From Eledone cirrhosa (taxonomy: Eukaryota): a stretch of DNA of 64,000 bases. The DNA is taken from assembly GCA_964016885.1 (NCBI GenBank), contig OZ024747.1:33418001-33482000 (forward strand), in the 5' to 3' direction. A model generated the notes under the pieces. It saw nothing but the letters and a program-made list of their open reading frames with translations. It was not told where the DNA came from and ran no database searches. Of this stretch, positions 36,001-46,356 are shown in pieces. Within the stretch, counting starts at the first letter, position 1. The number at the start of each line of letters is the position of its first letter. Both the position numbers and the translations under genes were made by a program.

Positions 36001-37895
36001 CAACGTTAGCAACAATACATGTAACAACAAAAACAGAAATAACGATAGCAATGTTAACAACAATACATGTAACAACCATAACAGAAATAACACTAACAAC
36101 GTCAATAACAATACATGTAACAACCATAACAGAAATAACACTAACAACATCAACAAAAATACATGTAACAACCATAACAGAAATAACACTAGTAACGTTA
36201 GCAACAATACATGTAACAACCATAACAGAAATAACACTAACAGCGTTAACAACAATACATGTAACAACCATAACAGAAATAACACTAACAACGTTAACAA
36301 CAATACATGTAACAACCATAACAGAAATAACACTAGTAACGTTAGCAACAATACATGTAACAACCATAACAGAAATAACACTAACAGCGTTAACAACAAT
36401 ACATGTAACAACCATAACAGAAATAACACTAACAACGTTAACAACAATACATGTAACAACCATAACAGAAATAACACTGGCAACGTTAACAACAATACAT
36501 GTAACAACCATAACAGAAATAACACTAGCAACGTTAACAACAATACATGTAGCAACGATAACAGAAATAACACTAGTAACGTTAGCAACAATACATGTCA
36601 CAACCATAACAGAAATGACACGAGTAACGTTAACAACAATACAAGTAACAACCATAACAGAAATAACACTAGCAACGTTAACAAAAATACATGTAACAAC
36701 CATAACAGAAATAACACTAGCGACCTTAACAACAATACATGTAACAAATATATAGAAATAACACTAACAACGTTAACAACAATACATGTAACAACAATAA
36801 CAGAATTAACACTAGTAACTTTAAGGACACACATAACAGAAATAGCACTAGCAACGTTAGCAACAATACATGTAACAACAAAAACAGAAATAACGATAGC
36901 AATGTTAACAACGATACATGTAACAACCATAACAGAAATATCACTAACAACGTCAATAACAATACATGTAACAACCATAACAGAAATAACACTAACAACA
37001 TCAACAAAAATACATGTAACAACCATAACAGAAATAACACTAGTAACGTTAGCAACAATACATGTAACAACCATAACAGAAATAACACTAACAACGTTAA
37101 CAACAATACATGTAACAACCATAACAGAAATAACACTAACAACGTTAACAACAATACATGTAACAACCATAACAGAAATAACACTGGCAACGTTAACAAC
37201 AATACATGTAACAACCATAACAGAAATAACACTAGCAACGTTAACAACAATACATGTAGCAACGATAACAGAAATAACACTAGTAACGTTAGCAACAATA
37301 CATGTCACAACCATAACAGAAATGACACGAGTAACGTTAACAACAATACAAGTAACAACCATAACAGAAATAACACTAGCAACGTTAACAAAAATACATG
37401 TAACAACCATAACAGAAATAACACTAGCGACCTTAACAACAATACATGTAACACATATAAAGAAATAACACTAACAACGTTAACAACAATACATGTAACA
37501 ACAATAACAGAATTAACACTAGTAACTTTAACGACACACATAACAGAAATAGCACTAGCAACGTTAGCAACAATACATGTAACAACAAAAACAGAAATAA
37601 CGATAGCAATGTTAACAAAAATACATGTAACAACCATAACAGAAATAACACTAACAACGTCAATAACAATACATGTAACAACCATAACAGAAATAACACT
37701 AACAACGTCAACAACAATACATGTAACAACCATAACAGAAATAACACTTGCAACGTTAACAACAATACATGTAACATCCATAACAGAAATAACACTAACA
37801 ACTTCAACAACAATACATGTAACAACCATAACAGAAATAACACTAGCAACCTTACCAACAATACATGTAACAAATATAAAGAAATAACACTAACA
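1..37895. repeat. Tandem satellite array, 48-bp monomer with 36-bp and 47-bp variants and higher-order repeats; runs off the left edge of the window
   Basis: Consensus AACAACCATAACAGAAATAACACTAACAACGTTAACAACAATACATGT repeats head-to-tail with no inserted foreign sequence. It ends abruptly at ...GAAATAACACTAACA|TACATTTTATC (~37895). Confidence 0.99.
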
Positions 37896-37964
37896 TACAT
37901 TTTATCAAGTGTAGAGGAAAAGTTGTCATGTCTATTGACACAAACTCTAGAGTTCTCCCAACCC

Positions 37965-38185
37965 CTTATTTGGCAGGTTTTCTATGGCTGAATGTCCTTT
38001 CTATTACCAACCACTTTACAGCATGTACTGGGTGCTTTTATTGTCTAGGTCACCAACAGTAGGGATGCTGTTATGTCCATGACAACTAAAATGTCATCCC
38101 AACTCATTATTTGGCATGCTTTCTATGGCTGGATGCCCGCCCTAATACCAACCACTCTACAGTGTGCACCGGATGCTTTTTGTTG
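37965..38185 (-). mobile_element. Two tandem degenerate fragments of an RTE-related 3' tail / SINE
   Basis: TTTCTATGGCTG(A/G)ATG..C...CTA.TACCAACCACT.TACAG at ~37979 and ~38120 is the reverse complement of GTGGTTGGTGTTAGGAAGGGCATCCAGCTGTAGAAA in the RTE 3' UTRs at ~48475 and ~60984. Confidence 0.7.
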
Positions 38186-38426
38186 CATATTTTTATATTA
38201 GATGATGTATAATACTTATGACAAGTAAAATCAGACAAAATATTTAAATATTTGTTATAATTAAATAATTAATATAGTTTGTCAATATCCCTTCATTATA
38301 TGTACCTCAGAAACATTATCAATGCAAATGGGTATACAATGGACATAAGATTAAATTAAATCATAGAATAATTTAAATATATGTCAACAATATAAACAGG
38401 TATATATGTGTATATCAATACAGATA

Positions 38427-39116
38427 TACTTGGCATGGCAATAAAGTCCTTAGAATAACCCTTTAAATGAAAATGCACAAAATATTGAAACTAAAATTTA
38501 TTTATTCTGCAAAACATAATCTCCACTGAATGCTATAATATCTTTACAGTGCTTATGCAAAGCATTTAATCTTTCTGGAATCATTCTTTCGGCAATTGTC
38601 GAAATAATGATTCCATTTCTTTCTTTATTCCAGTAACATGTGCAATGCAACGCAATGATTGTTTTGATTCTGCATCAATGATCTTTGAATGAGTTGAACG
38701 TTGGCATCAATAGCGGTTGTGCAAGGACGGCCAGAAGGAGGAGCATCAATAAGTGATGATCTACTGCCATCTTTGAATTGTTTCATCCAATGATAAATGG
38801 TTGAATTTGCTGGAACGTTGTTAATTCCATTCTCCTTCAATTGTACAATAATATTTGTTGCTTAGTTGCCTCATTTCCATTCAATGAAAACATATGCTCT
38901 ATCATTTTCTTGACTTAAATCCATTTGATGCATGTATTATAAACTCACAAGGTTGACAATGAAATGAATATGCATGGGCCAATGACAAAACACATCATTC
39001 ATACAGAATATCACACGTGTACAACAAAGTCCAAATTCCAACTAATATTAACTACATTTACTGCTATATATGGCACACAGCCTACTTTTCTAAAGACTTA
39101 ATTGCCACGCTAAGTA
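38427..39116 (-). mobile_element. Internally deleted Tc1/mariner DNA transposon
   Basis: TIRs TA-CTTGGCATGGCAATAAAGTCCTTAGA (38427-38454) and TCTAAAGACTTAATTGCCACGCTAAG-TA (39089-39116), with TA at both ends and a transposase remnant inside. Confidence 0.9.
38625..38925 (-). pseudogene. Mariner transposase N-terminal HTH fragment (stops, no DDD domain)
   Basis: STIYHWMKQFKDGSRSSLIDAPPSGRP matches the mariner W..F..G..S..D.PRSGRP motif. Upstream MDLSQENDRAYVFIEWK is interrupted by stops. Confidence 0.85.
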
Positions 39117-39191
39117 TATGTACATGTGAATATCAATATAGATCAGTATAAATGTGTATATCAAAACAGATAGGTATAAATGTGTGTATAT

Positions 39192-39237
<46 letters not shown>

Positions 39238-39279
39238 AATACAAATATTAATAAAATAGATGTTCTTTTGATCAATTAC

Positions 39280-39332
39280 ATTTTATTATACATATTTCGG
39301 ATGTACAACAGTACGTCCTCATCAGACAAAAT
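39280..39332 (-). ncRNA. Type I minimal hammerhead ribozyme motif (Penelope pLTR)
   Basis: Minus strand reads ATTTTGT CTGATGA GGACGTAC-TGTT-GTACATCC GAAA TATGTA TA^ATAAAAT. Conserved core; stems I and II pair. Confidence 0.85.
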
Positions 39333-40613
39333 ATAATGATAGATGACATACCCTGAGATGTTAAATGGTTAAGATTTAATCAAGGTAGTGATTAACCCAA
39401 GAAAAATTTAACATTTATACCCTAATAATGAGAAAATGCGAAAACGTAATAAATTCAATAGAGAAAGTGCGAGTAAGAAAAACGTTGCTTAACAGTTATA
39501 TATATATTAAGGTGTATGATACTAGAATTTATGAATAAATGGGGGTAATATGTTGAAGGAGATTTATTTTTGCCGAAAGTTAAACGGTTAATTTTGAAAA
39601 TATTTAATTTATTGGTATTATAGATTCAAGATTTTGATTTTATTTTTTTTAAATTGCTGGTTATTTATATATTAGTTTTATAAATTCTATATGTGTGTTA
39701 ACATTTCAAAGCTTCTGAATTTCATGAGGGTAACATTTATAGGATTTATCTGGCCAAGAGGAGTGAGAGTTTATACTGTTGATTATTTTCCTAAATGTAA
39801 GCTTTAACGGAGATATTGAGCGTATTAGGTATGTAAAGCTTGTGAAGTACTTATTGTTAGAAATATTTAAATAACGATTATGTATATATATATATATTAA
39901 TGAGCCAGTATATTTTAGGTAAATGATAACAAAATAATAGATTGATGCATGTTAAGGTTAAATATACACCTATATATAAATGCATTTAAACAGGGTGTAA
40001 ATGCAATAATTATTCTTAGTTCAAAGTAAACATAATCAAGAAATTTAACTAAAAATTTAGAAGTTAACTAAAAATTATATATAGTAATATATAGGGAGGT
40101 ATAAACAGAGATATATATTAGGTATTAGTGATACAGTATATTTTAGGTAAATGATAACAGTTATATAATAAAATTCTACGTGTTACAGTTAAATACATAT
40201 ATATATAAGAGAAACAATAATAAATGCATGGATAATTCAGAGTTCAAAATAATGTCTATAATAATTTATAGTTTGGATATTTGCTCTATATTTGAATCAT
40301 GGATATATAAATGTAATAAGTATAGAACATATAATTACATACATATTATAATATATTATAAATAGGAGATAAAAAAACGCATTAAGAAATTTGCAGTTAT
40401 AAATAAGATCCGTAAAAATGCATGGGTTGGATATTAAACTAAAATTTAAAACTTATAAAGGAAGATAGATAGAGAAATACAGAAATAAAGAAATAAAGAA
40501 ATATTGGTATTGATCAAAGTTAATAAAATAATGTTATGTGTGTCAAAGATCCGGCATGTTATTGAACAAGTGTCTTTCAGTCGAGCGTTATTTCTTCTGT
40601 AGGTAGTTATGAG

Positions 40614-40800
40614 ATAATTCTTTCTACTTTAGGCACAAGGCCAGCAATAACCCGGTGCATTACTGGTACTTTTATTTTATCGACCCCGTAAGGATGAAAG
40701 GCAAAGTCAACCTCGGCGGGATTTGAACTCAGAACGTAAAGGGACGTAACTATGCTGGAAAGCATGGCGTCCGACCCTCTACCGATACTGCCAATCCACA
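40614..40800 (-). mobile_element. tRNA-type SINE copy (family also at 42866, 50652, 50860, 61571) inserted in the Penelope element
   Basis: Shared TTTCTACTTTAGGCACAAGGCCAGCAAT...TACTGGTACTT..TTTATCGACCCCGTAAGGATGAAAGGCAAAG; Pol III B-box GAGTTCAAATCCC on the minus strand. Confidence 0.85.
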
Positions 40801-40929
40801 ATGCAATATTAAAGGTCATTAATGTTTTTCCCTGTTGATTATATATATCTGACAACCAAGTTTTTAATGGTTTAATGCTAGACTCTCTTTTTTTCTCGTT
40901 TTGTGGGAGGCTAAGAATGTGGATGTAGC

Positions 40930-41957
40930 TTTATGGAGGCAACTAGAGAATAATTCACTTTTTTTGTTAATTAGGGTCTCATATTTATTAATAATCAACA
41001 GGGTCTCCATTGTACAGAGCCCGCAGTTATTTGATATACTAGAGTTGCGCTAAATTCCACAGTTACAAAGTTTTGTCCAAAGAATGGAGTATTTTAAATT
41101 TTTCTCTTTTAATGACCATATGAGCTGAGATAAAGACGTGGATGATTTTCTCTTTGAGTTCGAGAATGAGCATTTATGGTTCGCAAATCGGGTTTTAAAT
41201 GTGTAAGAAGTTGATCCTATGTAGTTGTATGTGTTGTGATCAGTTTTTACGGTGCATTTATAAACCAAATTATTATCTAGACAATTATTTTGCAAAGGGC
41301 AATCAGTTTTATTTCTACAATTACATTTTGGTTTAGTATTATTTATGTTAACTCTATTATTAAGATCAATATGTTGGTTTTGTTTTAGGATTTTATTGTT
41401 TAATTTGGCAATGTTTTGGGCCATGTTCATAGTTGTAGAATGGGAGAATTTAACGGTATGTCTATTAAAAATGGAATGGTATTTATGTTGAGTAGGGAAA
41501 GAGGTGTCAAGAGCGTTAAAGAATAATTTTGCAATTGGTGTTTTAACTGCGACCGAAGCAGGGGGGGGGGGGGGTGCAAAGCAAATGACTGATTTAGTTC
41601 TAGTTCGTATCCTAGATTTATTTGGCATATGGGTGTTTGAATTATAATTATTAGAGTTTCTCTTATATATGTTATTATTTTTATTAAGTATAGTACTTGG
41701 ATTATTGTTATCTACATATTCTATATTATTCGTATATCCTGCTCTTTTTAATGCATTGTTCTAGTATTCAGCATTTTGATAGAATATATCCTTATTGGCT
41801 GATATGTTTTTAATTCGTTTTTGCACACTATTTAATATAGCTTTTTTTTTTTTACAGATTTAGGGTTATTTGAATGGTTACTAACATAGTTTAAGTTTTC
41901 ATTGGGCTTATGAAAAGGGTAATAGAAGCCAGTGTTTAAGTTAAAGGTAACTTTAAA
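40930..41957 (-). pseudogene. Penelope-like RT thumb + Zn-knuckle + GIY-YIG endonuclease remnant
   Basis: CNCRNKTDCPLQNNC, LVYKC...YNYIGST..FKTRFANHKCSF, then CGLCTMET...KKSELFSSCLHK in another frame. Stops and frameshifts present. Confidence 0.9.
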
Positions 41958-42330
41958 AAAAAAAAAATCTTGAATCTTCACCCTATAATACCATAAATTA
42001 AATATTTTCAAAATTAACCGTTTAACTTTCGGCAAAAATAAATCTCCTTCAGCATATTACCCCCATTTATTCATAAATTCTAGTATCATACACCTTAATA
42101 TATATATAACTGTTACATTAAGCAACGTTTTTCTTACTCGCACTTTCTCTACTGAATTTATTACGTTTTCGCATTTTCTCATTATTAGGGTATAAATGTT
42201 AAATTGTTCAGGGGTTAATCACTGCCTTTTTTCATTATTAGGGTATAAATGTTAAATTGTTCAGGGGTTAATCACTACCTTGATTAAATCTTAACCATTT
42301 AACATCTCAGGGTATGTCATGTATCATTAT

Positions 42331-42371
42331 ATTTTGTCTGATGAGGGCGTACTGTTGTACATCCGAAATAT
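42331..42371 (+). ncRNA. Hammerhead motif of the inverted pLTR, split by an insertion (3' part at 43594-43604)
   Basis: ATTTTGT CTGATGA GGGCGTAC-TGTT-GTACATCC GAAATAT, then foreign sequence. TATAATAAAATG resumes at 43594. Confidence 0.75.
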
Positions 42372-42865
42372 CATAATCTATAAAGCTCAGTGTGTGGTCA
42401 TGCTCCTTTTTTATAGAAATCTACGATATAGAATTTCTTCAATTGAAATTTACAATTCAGTATTCGAAATAGTTTCGATTGCGTCTTGGCGCATCTTATT
42501 TTTTCAATTTCACCCACAATTACGCAAAAAATAGATAAAACTCAATATTTTACGATTTTTCTCTGTCATTTAAACTGCTAAACTCTTTCCACTACCATTC
42601 AAAATCTATACAACTTCATACTTTCTGCTATTTTCTCTTTCCAAGCTTGATGGTGATACTGTCCATTTTAGTCTCTCCCTCATTTTGTTACTTTCTCTTT
42701 TATACTTCAAATTATTACATTTCATACGAAACGACAATTATTCAAAAGCAACAGATACATTTATTCAACAACAAGCGATAAATCTTTTTTAAAACCTCTT
42801 TTCCAAACGCATACAAACACACACTCACTCCAACAACAACAACAACAACAATCTGCCTTTTATAG

Positions 42866-42924
42866 ATAATTGTTTCTACTTTAGGCACAAGGCCAGCAAT
42901 TACCCAGTGCATTACTGGTACTTT
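42866..42924 (-). mobile_element. Truncated SINE tail (same family as 40614)
   Basis: ATAATTGTTTCTACTTTAGGCACAAGGCCAGCAATTACCCAGTGCATTACTGGTACTT. Confidence 0.8.
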
Positions 42925-42947
42925 GTTATAGATAATGATAAACAATA

Positions 42948-43317
42948 ATATCCTCTATGAGGTCACTAAACCTGCTAGAAACAGCAGCTAACTCTCCCCC
43001 ATACCACACCCCTCCCTACTGTCTTAAATTTAGAAAACACATATCCTCTATGAGGTTACTAAACCTGCTAGAAACAGCAGCTAACTCTCCCCTATATCAC
43101 ACCCATTCCTACTGTCTTAAATTTAGAAAACATATCTTCTATGAGGTCACTAAACCTGCTAGAAACAGCAGCTAACTCTCCTCCATATCACACCACTCCC
43201 TACTGTCTTAAATTTAGAAAACACATATCCTCTATGAGGTCACTAAACCTGCTAGAAACAACAGCTAATTCTCCCTCATATCACAACCCTCCCTACTGTC
43301 TTAAATTTAGAAAACAC
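42948..43317. repeat. Four tandem copies of a 91-93 bp unit inside the Helitron-like element
   Basis: ATATCCTCTATGAGGTCACTAAACCTGCTAGAAACAGCAGCTAACTCTCCC...CTACTGTCTTAAATTTAGAAAACAC starts at 42948, 43041, 43132 and 43225. Confidence 0.95.
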
Positions 43318-43813
43318 ACAGACAACCATGCAGAACAACTCCATCGCAGCTCTGTTGTTCGGCTGGCATCGTCTATGCGCGTGTTGCGCAAGTACTGTGA
43401 AACAATAAATTTCAACACTTTTTTGCACAGAGATAATATCCATAGGCGAAACTACAATTGTCACTGCTGGCGCAGCTCCTGCTTCCAGGTCTGCAATTCA
43501 TTCACCCAGTGCCTGGCAGACAAAAAAGTGATGCCATAAAATGGGTGGTGCAACCTAACTTTGGTAACTTAATGACCCCGAGCAACGCCGGGCTATAATA
43601 AAATGTAATTAATCAAAAGAATATCTATTTTATTAATATTTGTATTTTAATATTAATAACTCTGGAAAATTATTTCTCGTAGAGTGCTTCCAATCTACTT
43701 TAAAACTCATTCTTTGACATACTCATTGAATCTTGTTTAACTATTTAATATATATATAATGGTCACTTATATTATGGTACGTCAAAATTATTTATAAAAC
43801 TGTTTATATATTG

Positions 43814-43879
43814 TATTTTATCTGACGAAGGCATGCCATATTTTTAATATGGTATCCCTGAAATATGTATAATGAAATA
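43814..43879 (+). ncRNA. Type I hammerhead ribozyme motif in a short orphan module
   Basis: TATTTTAT CTGACGA AGGCATGCCATAT-TTTTA-ATATGGTATCCCT GAAA TATGTA TA^ATGAAATA; 8-bp stem I. Confidence 0.8.
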
Positions 43880-43967
43880 AATATGGTTTTATAAATATAG
43901 TTTCCATTTGTTTAATATCGTATATATATATCAATATGAATGAATATTTGTATATATATATGTATAT

Positions 43968-44016
43968 GCTCCCTGATGATTTCTTACGAATGAAACAGTT
44001 CTAGTCCTGTAGAAGC
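43968..44016 (+). ncRNA. Type I hammerhead ribozyme motif (partly degenerate)
   Basis: GCTCC CTGATGA TTTC-TTAC-GAAT GAAA CAG-TTCTAGTC-CTG TA^GAAGC; one mismatch each in stems I and II. Confidence 0.65.
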
Positions 44017-44110
44017 TCTTCTACATTAAAACTTTTATACTATGCTATGTATTGAGTACCTTACTTACTGTGGTTACCTCCGATTCAACCCGGAATAACT
44101 TATATATATA

Positions 44111-44830
44111 GGTCAAATCCCATCAACTCTTAGCGATGTAGACGATTTGGCCATCAGAATCTACTCTAGAACAGATCTGCAAAACTTTCTGAATGTACTG
44201 GCCAAACATGCAGTAAAGACAGGCTTACACATCAACATCTCCAAAATGAAGTGTATGACAACTAATAAAACAATGTCAATCCTCACAATCTACAACCAGT
44301 AAATTGCTCTAGTTACAGCGTTTGTATATCCCGGTCACAAGCTATCATCAAACAACAATGGAATGGTCACTGTGCAGTATCAGATTGGTCAGGAACAAAG
44401 AAGTGCTCACATCAAAAAAAGAGTTTTTTATCATTTGAAGGCTAAGATCTTTGACACTTAAATTCTACCAGTTGTGTTATATGGCCTTGATTGTCTTAAC
44501 TGGATGACAAGGTCACTTCAGAAGCTCTCTATATTCCAGAACCACATCATGCGACTTATGACTAACGAACGACTCAGTGACCATCTCTCTATCAATGAAC
44601 AACTCAACAAGTTTAAACCAATCACATCAGTTATCAAGTCAAATGTATGGTCATATCAAAAGATCAACTCATGGTGTGAGTAATTTATGCCGAGAAGGAA
44701 AGTTAGCTGGTAAGAGAAACAAGGGTCAACAGCCAAAACGCTGGCTTGATAATGTCAACTGTGGTTTGGACTTGGCATTTGTTCTTTAAACTCTGTGAAG
44801 AAGAATATCTCATGTTGTAACAGGCGAAGT
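44111..44830 (+). mobile_element. Degenerate 3' fragment of an RTE-like LINE (RT C-terminus)
   Basis: Broken frames read DDLAI, KTGLHINISK, ILPVVLYGLDC, YGHIKR and EGKLAGKRNKGQQPKRWLDNV. Confidence 0.75.
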
Positions 44831-46082
44831 GAGCATCTATATATCAATATAGATATATATGTATATCAATATAGATATATATATATATGCATGAGTGCAT
44901 GTCTGTATAGTATGGAGTTATATGTTAACACTAATAATACAGAACGATTTTAAGCCCAACATGAGCTCATGTATAGGTAAAATATTCTGAATTATTTATA
45001 GAAAATTTAGAAACTTCAAGAGAATATATTTACTATGAAAAATTGTCTAACGAATTGGTCGTAAAAGCTCCTTAACAGATTCTATTCAGAGGTTTTATGC
45101 CCATAGTAAAAAAAATATACATTGAAGTTTCTAAGTTTTCAATAAATACATATACACTCAACGTTTCTAAAAAGAGATCATACTAAATTATGTTTTGTAC
45201 ATCTACGGTTTACTTGATAAGTGTGAAGTGAAGCTAAAATCTTCTACTTGTTATTTTGTAAATTACAAAATTGAGGTTTGGGATAAAAACTAGCCGCCAA
45301 TGATCCTTTTGAAGGAGAACAAGGAATTGTTTTGTTGAGCTAAAATCTACAATAAATATATTTTCATAGATTAAAGAAATTAATATGTATTGAGTACTGT
45401 ACTAATTTAAAATTAGTCTTTTTAGTTATTAAATTAGGAAAATTTACATATATATACACAAACATACATACATGCATGCACACAAGCATACATACATATC
45501 TGCATACATACATACATGATAGTTGTAACTCGATTTTTATTAATGCCATTGCTTGATACTTAAGCATGAACATCACAGACGTGGCTTTTAGTCCTCCTAC
45601 AGTCAGCAATACCATGATTCACAAAAAATGTCACATATAAAAATGATGCCTAAGCTTGAAGCTTTTTTCAGTGAAGAAAGTTTTTGCATGGGGCCAATCC
45701 CACTCTCTGAACATCGAATGCATTTACCCAAAAAGAAGAACTGGTCTACATCATTGGATGCAAATTAAGTCGCAGAGAAAAGAGAAATGTCTTAATAACG
45801 ACTAGGAGTCTTTCACTCCACAAAAAAAAATAAAGAATTCTTTATTAGATGGCTGTTGACTTTGTTTTTCATCCCGCAGGGTGTCCAAAATCACCCTCCT
45901 TACCAAGCAAATTTGGTGGGGTTGCCAGTTTAGTTGCCAATGGCCCAACCATGCACAGGTTGTAATGGGTTACATGTTACCAGTAGCACTGATGGGCGAC
46001 CTGACATACATACATACATGCATATATATATATATGTAAATGCAGTTGGTACATATGTTTATACATCTAACAATCACAAGAT

Positions 46083-46112
<30 letters not shown>

Positions 46113-46117
<5 letters not shown>

Positions 46118-46227
46118 AAAATGTTCAAGACCCCGATGGCAGTGCTTGAGTCGTTTCAACGGCTAGTCCAGAAATAGCTGTTGAAACGGCTCGACCACTG
46201 CCGTCGGGGTCTTGAACATTTTCCTAT
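46113..46227. repeat. Near-perfect inverted repeat (53-bp arms, 9-nt loop) between (TA)n tracts
   Basis: ATAGGAAAATGTTCAAGACCCCG...AACGGCTA / TAGCTGTT...CGGGGTCTTGAACATTTTCCTAT; 5 mismatches. Confidence 0.95.
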
Positions 46228-46303
46228 TACCCACTCTACTACCCTAAGTATTGAGCACTCTGATGCATTATGGTCCACCTGGTTCCTTACCACACTTCCT
46301 TCG

Positions 46304-46356
<53 letters not shown>

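Larger units (their letters stand above)
42377..43596 (+). mobile_element. Non-autonomous Helitron-like element
   Basis: Starts A|TCTATAAAGCTCAGTGTGTG and ends with GC hairpin CCCGAGC-AAC-GCCGGG (43577-43592) plus CTA. No clear TSD; canonical CTRR end is degenerate. It interrupts an otherwise contiguous pLTR. Confidence 0.7.
39229..43655 (-). mobile_element. 5'-truncated Penelope-like retroelement with inverted pseudo-LTR (right copy interrupted by a Helitron)
   Basis: 39229-39635 is the reverse complement of 41964-42371 + 43594-43655. Minus-strand RT thumb (VTFNLNTGFYYPFHKPNENLNYVSNHSNNP) and GIY-YIG remnants lie between, and each pLTR has a hammerhead. Confidence 0.88.

Noticed and set aside
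1-37895. CRISPR array
   Set aside because: No unique spacers, no cas genes, eukaryotic context.
1-37895. Telomeric repeat
   Set aside because: Strand skew is telomere-like, but there is no TTAGGG-type unit or G-run. A subtelomeric position cannot be judged from this window.
215-37900. Long Thr-, Asn-, Val- and Leu-rich ORFs (up to 1006 aa) suggesting a mucin or membrane protein gene
   Set aside because: They are translations of the 48-bp monomer. GAA>TAA stops and 1-bp deletions (e.g. ~3640, ~8527, ~11722) are copied into higher-order repeats, so no frame is maintained. No unique N- or C-terminal domain or splice context is visible.
42957-43539. Repeat-protein ORFs MRSLNLLETAANSPPYH
   Set aside because: They derive from the 91-93 bp tandem repeat and shift frame between copies.
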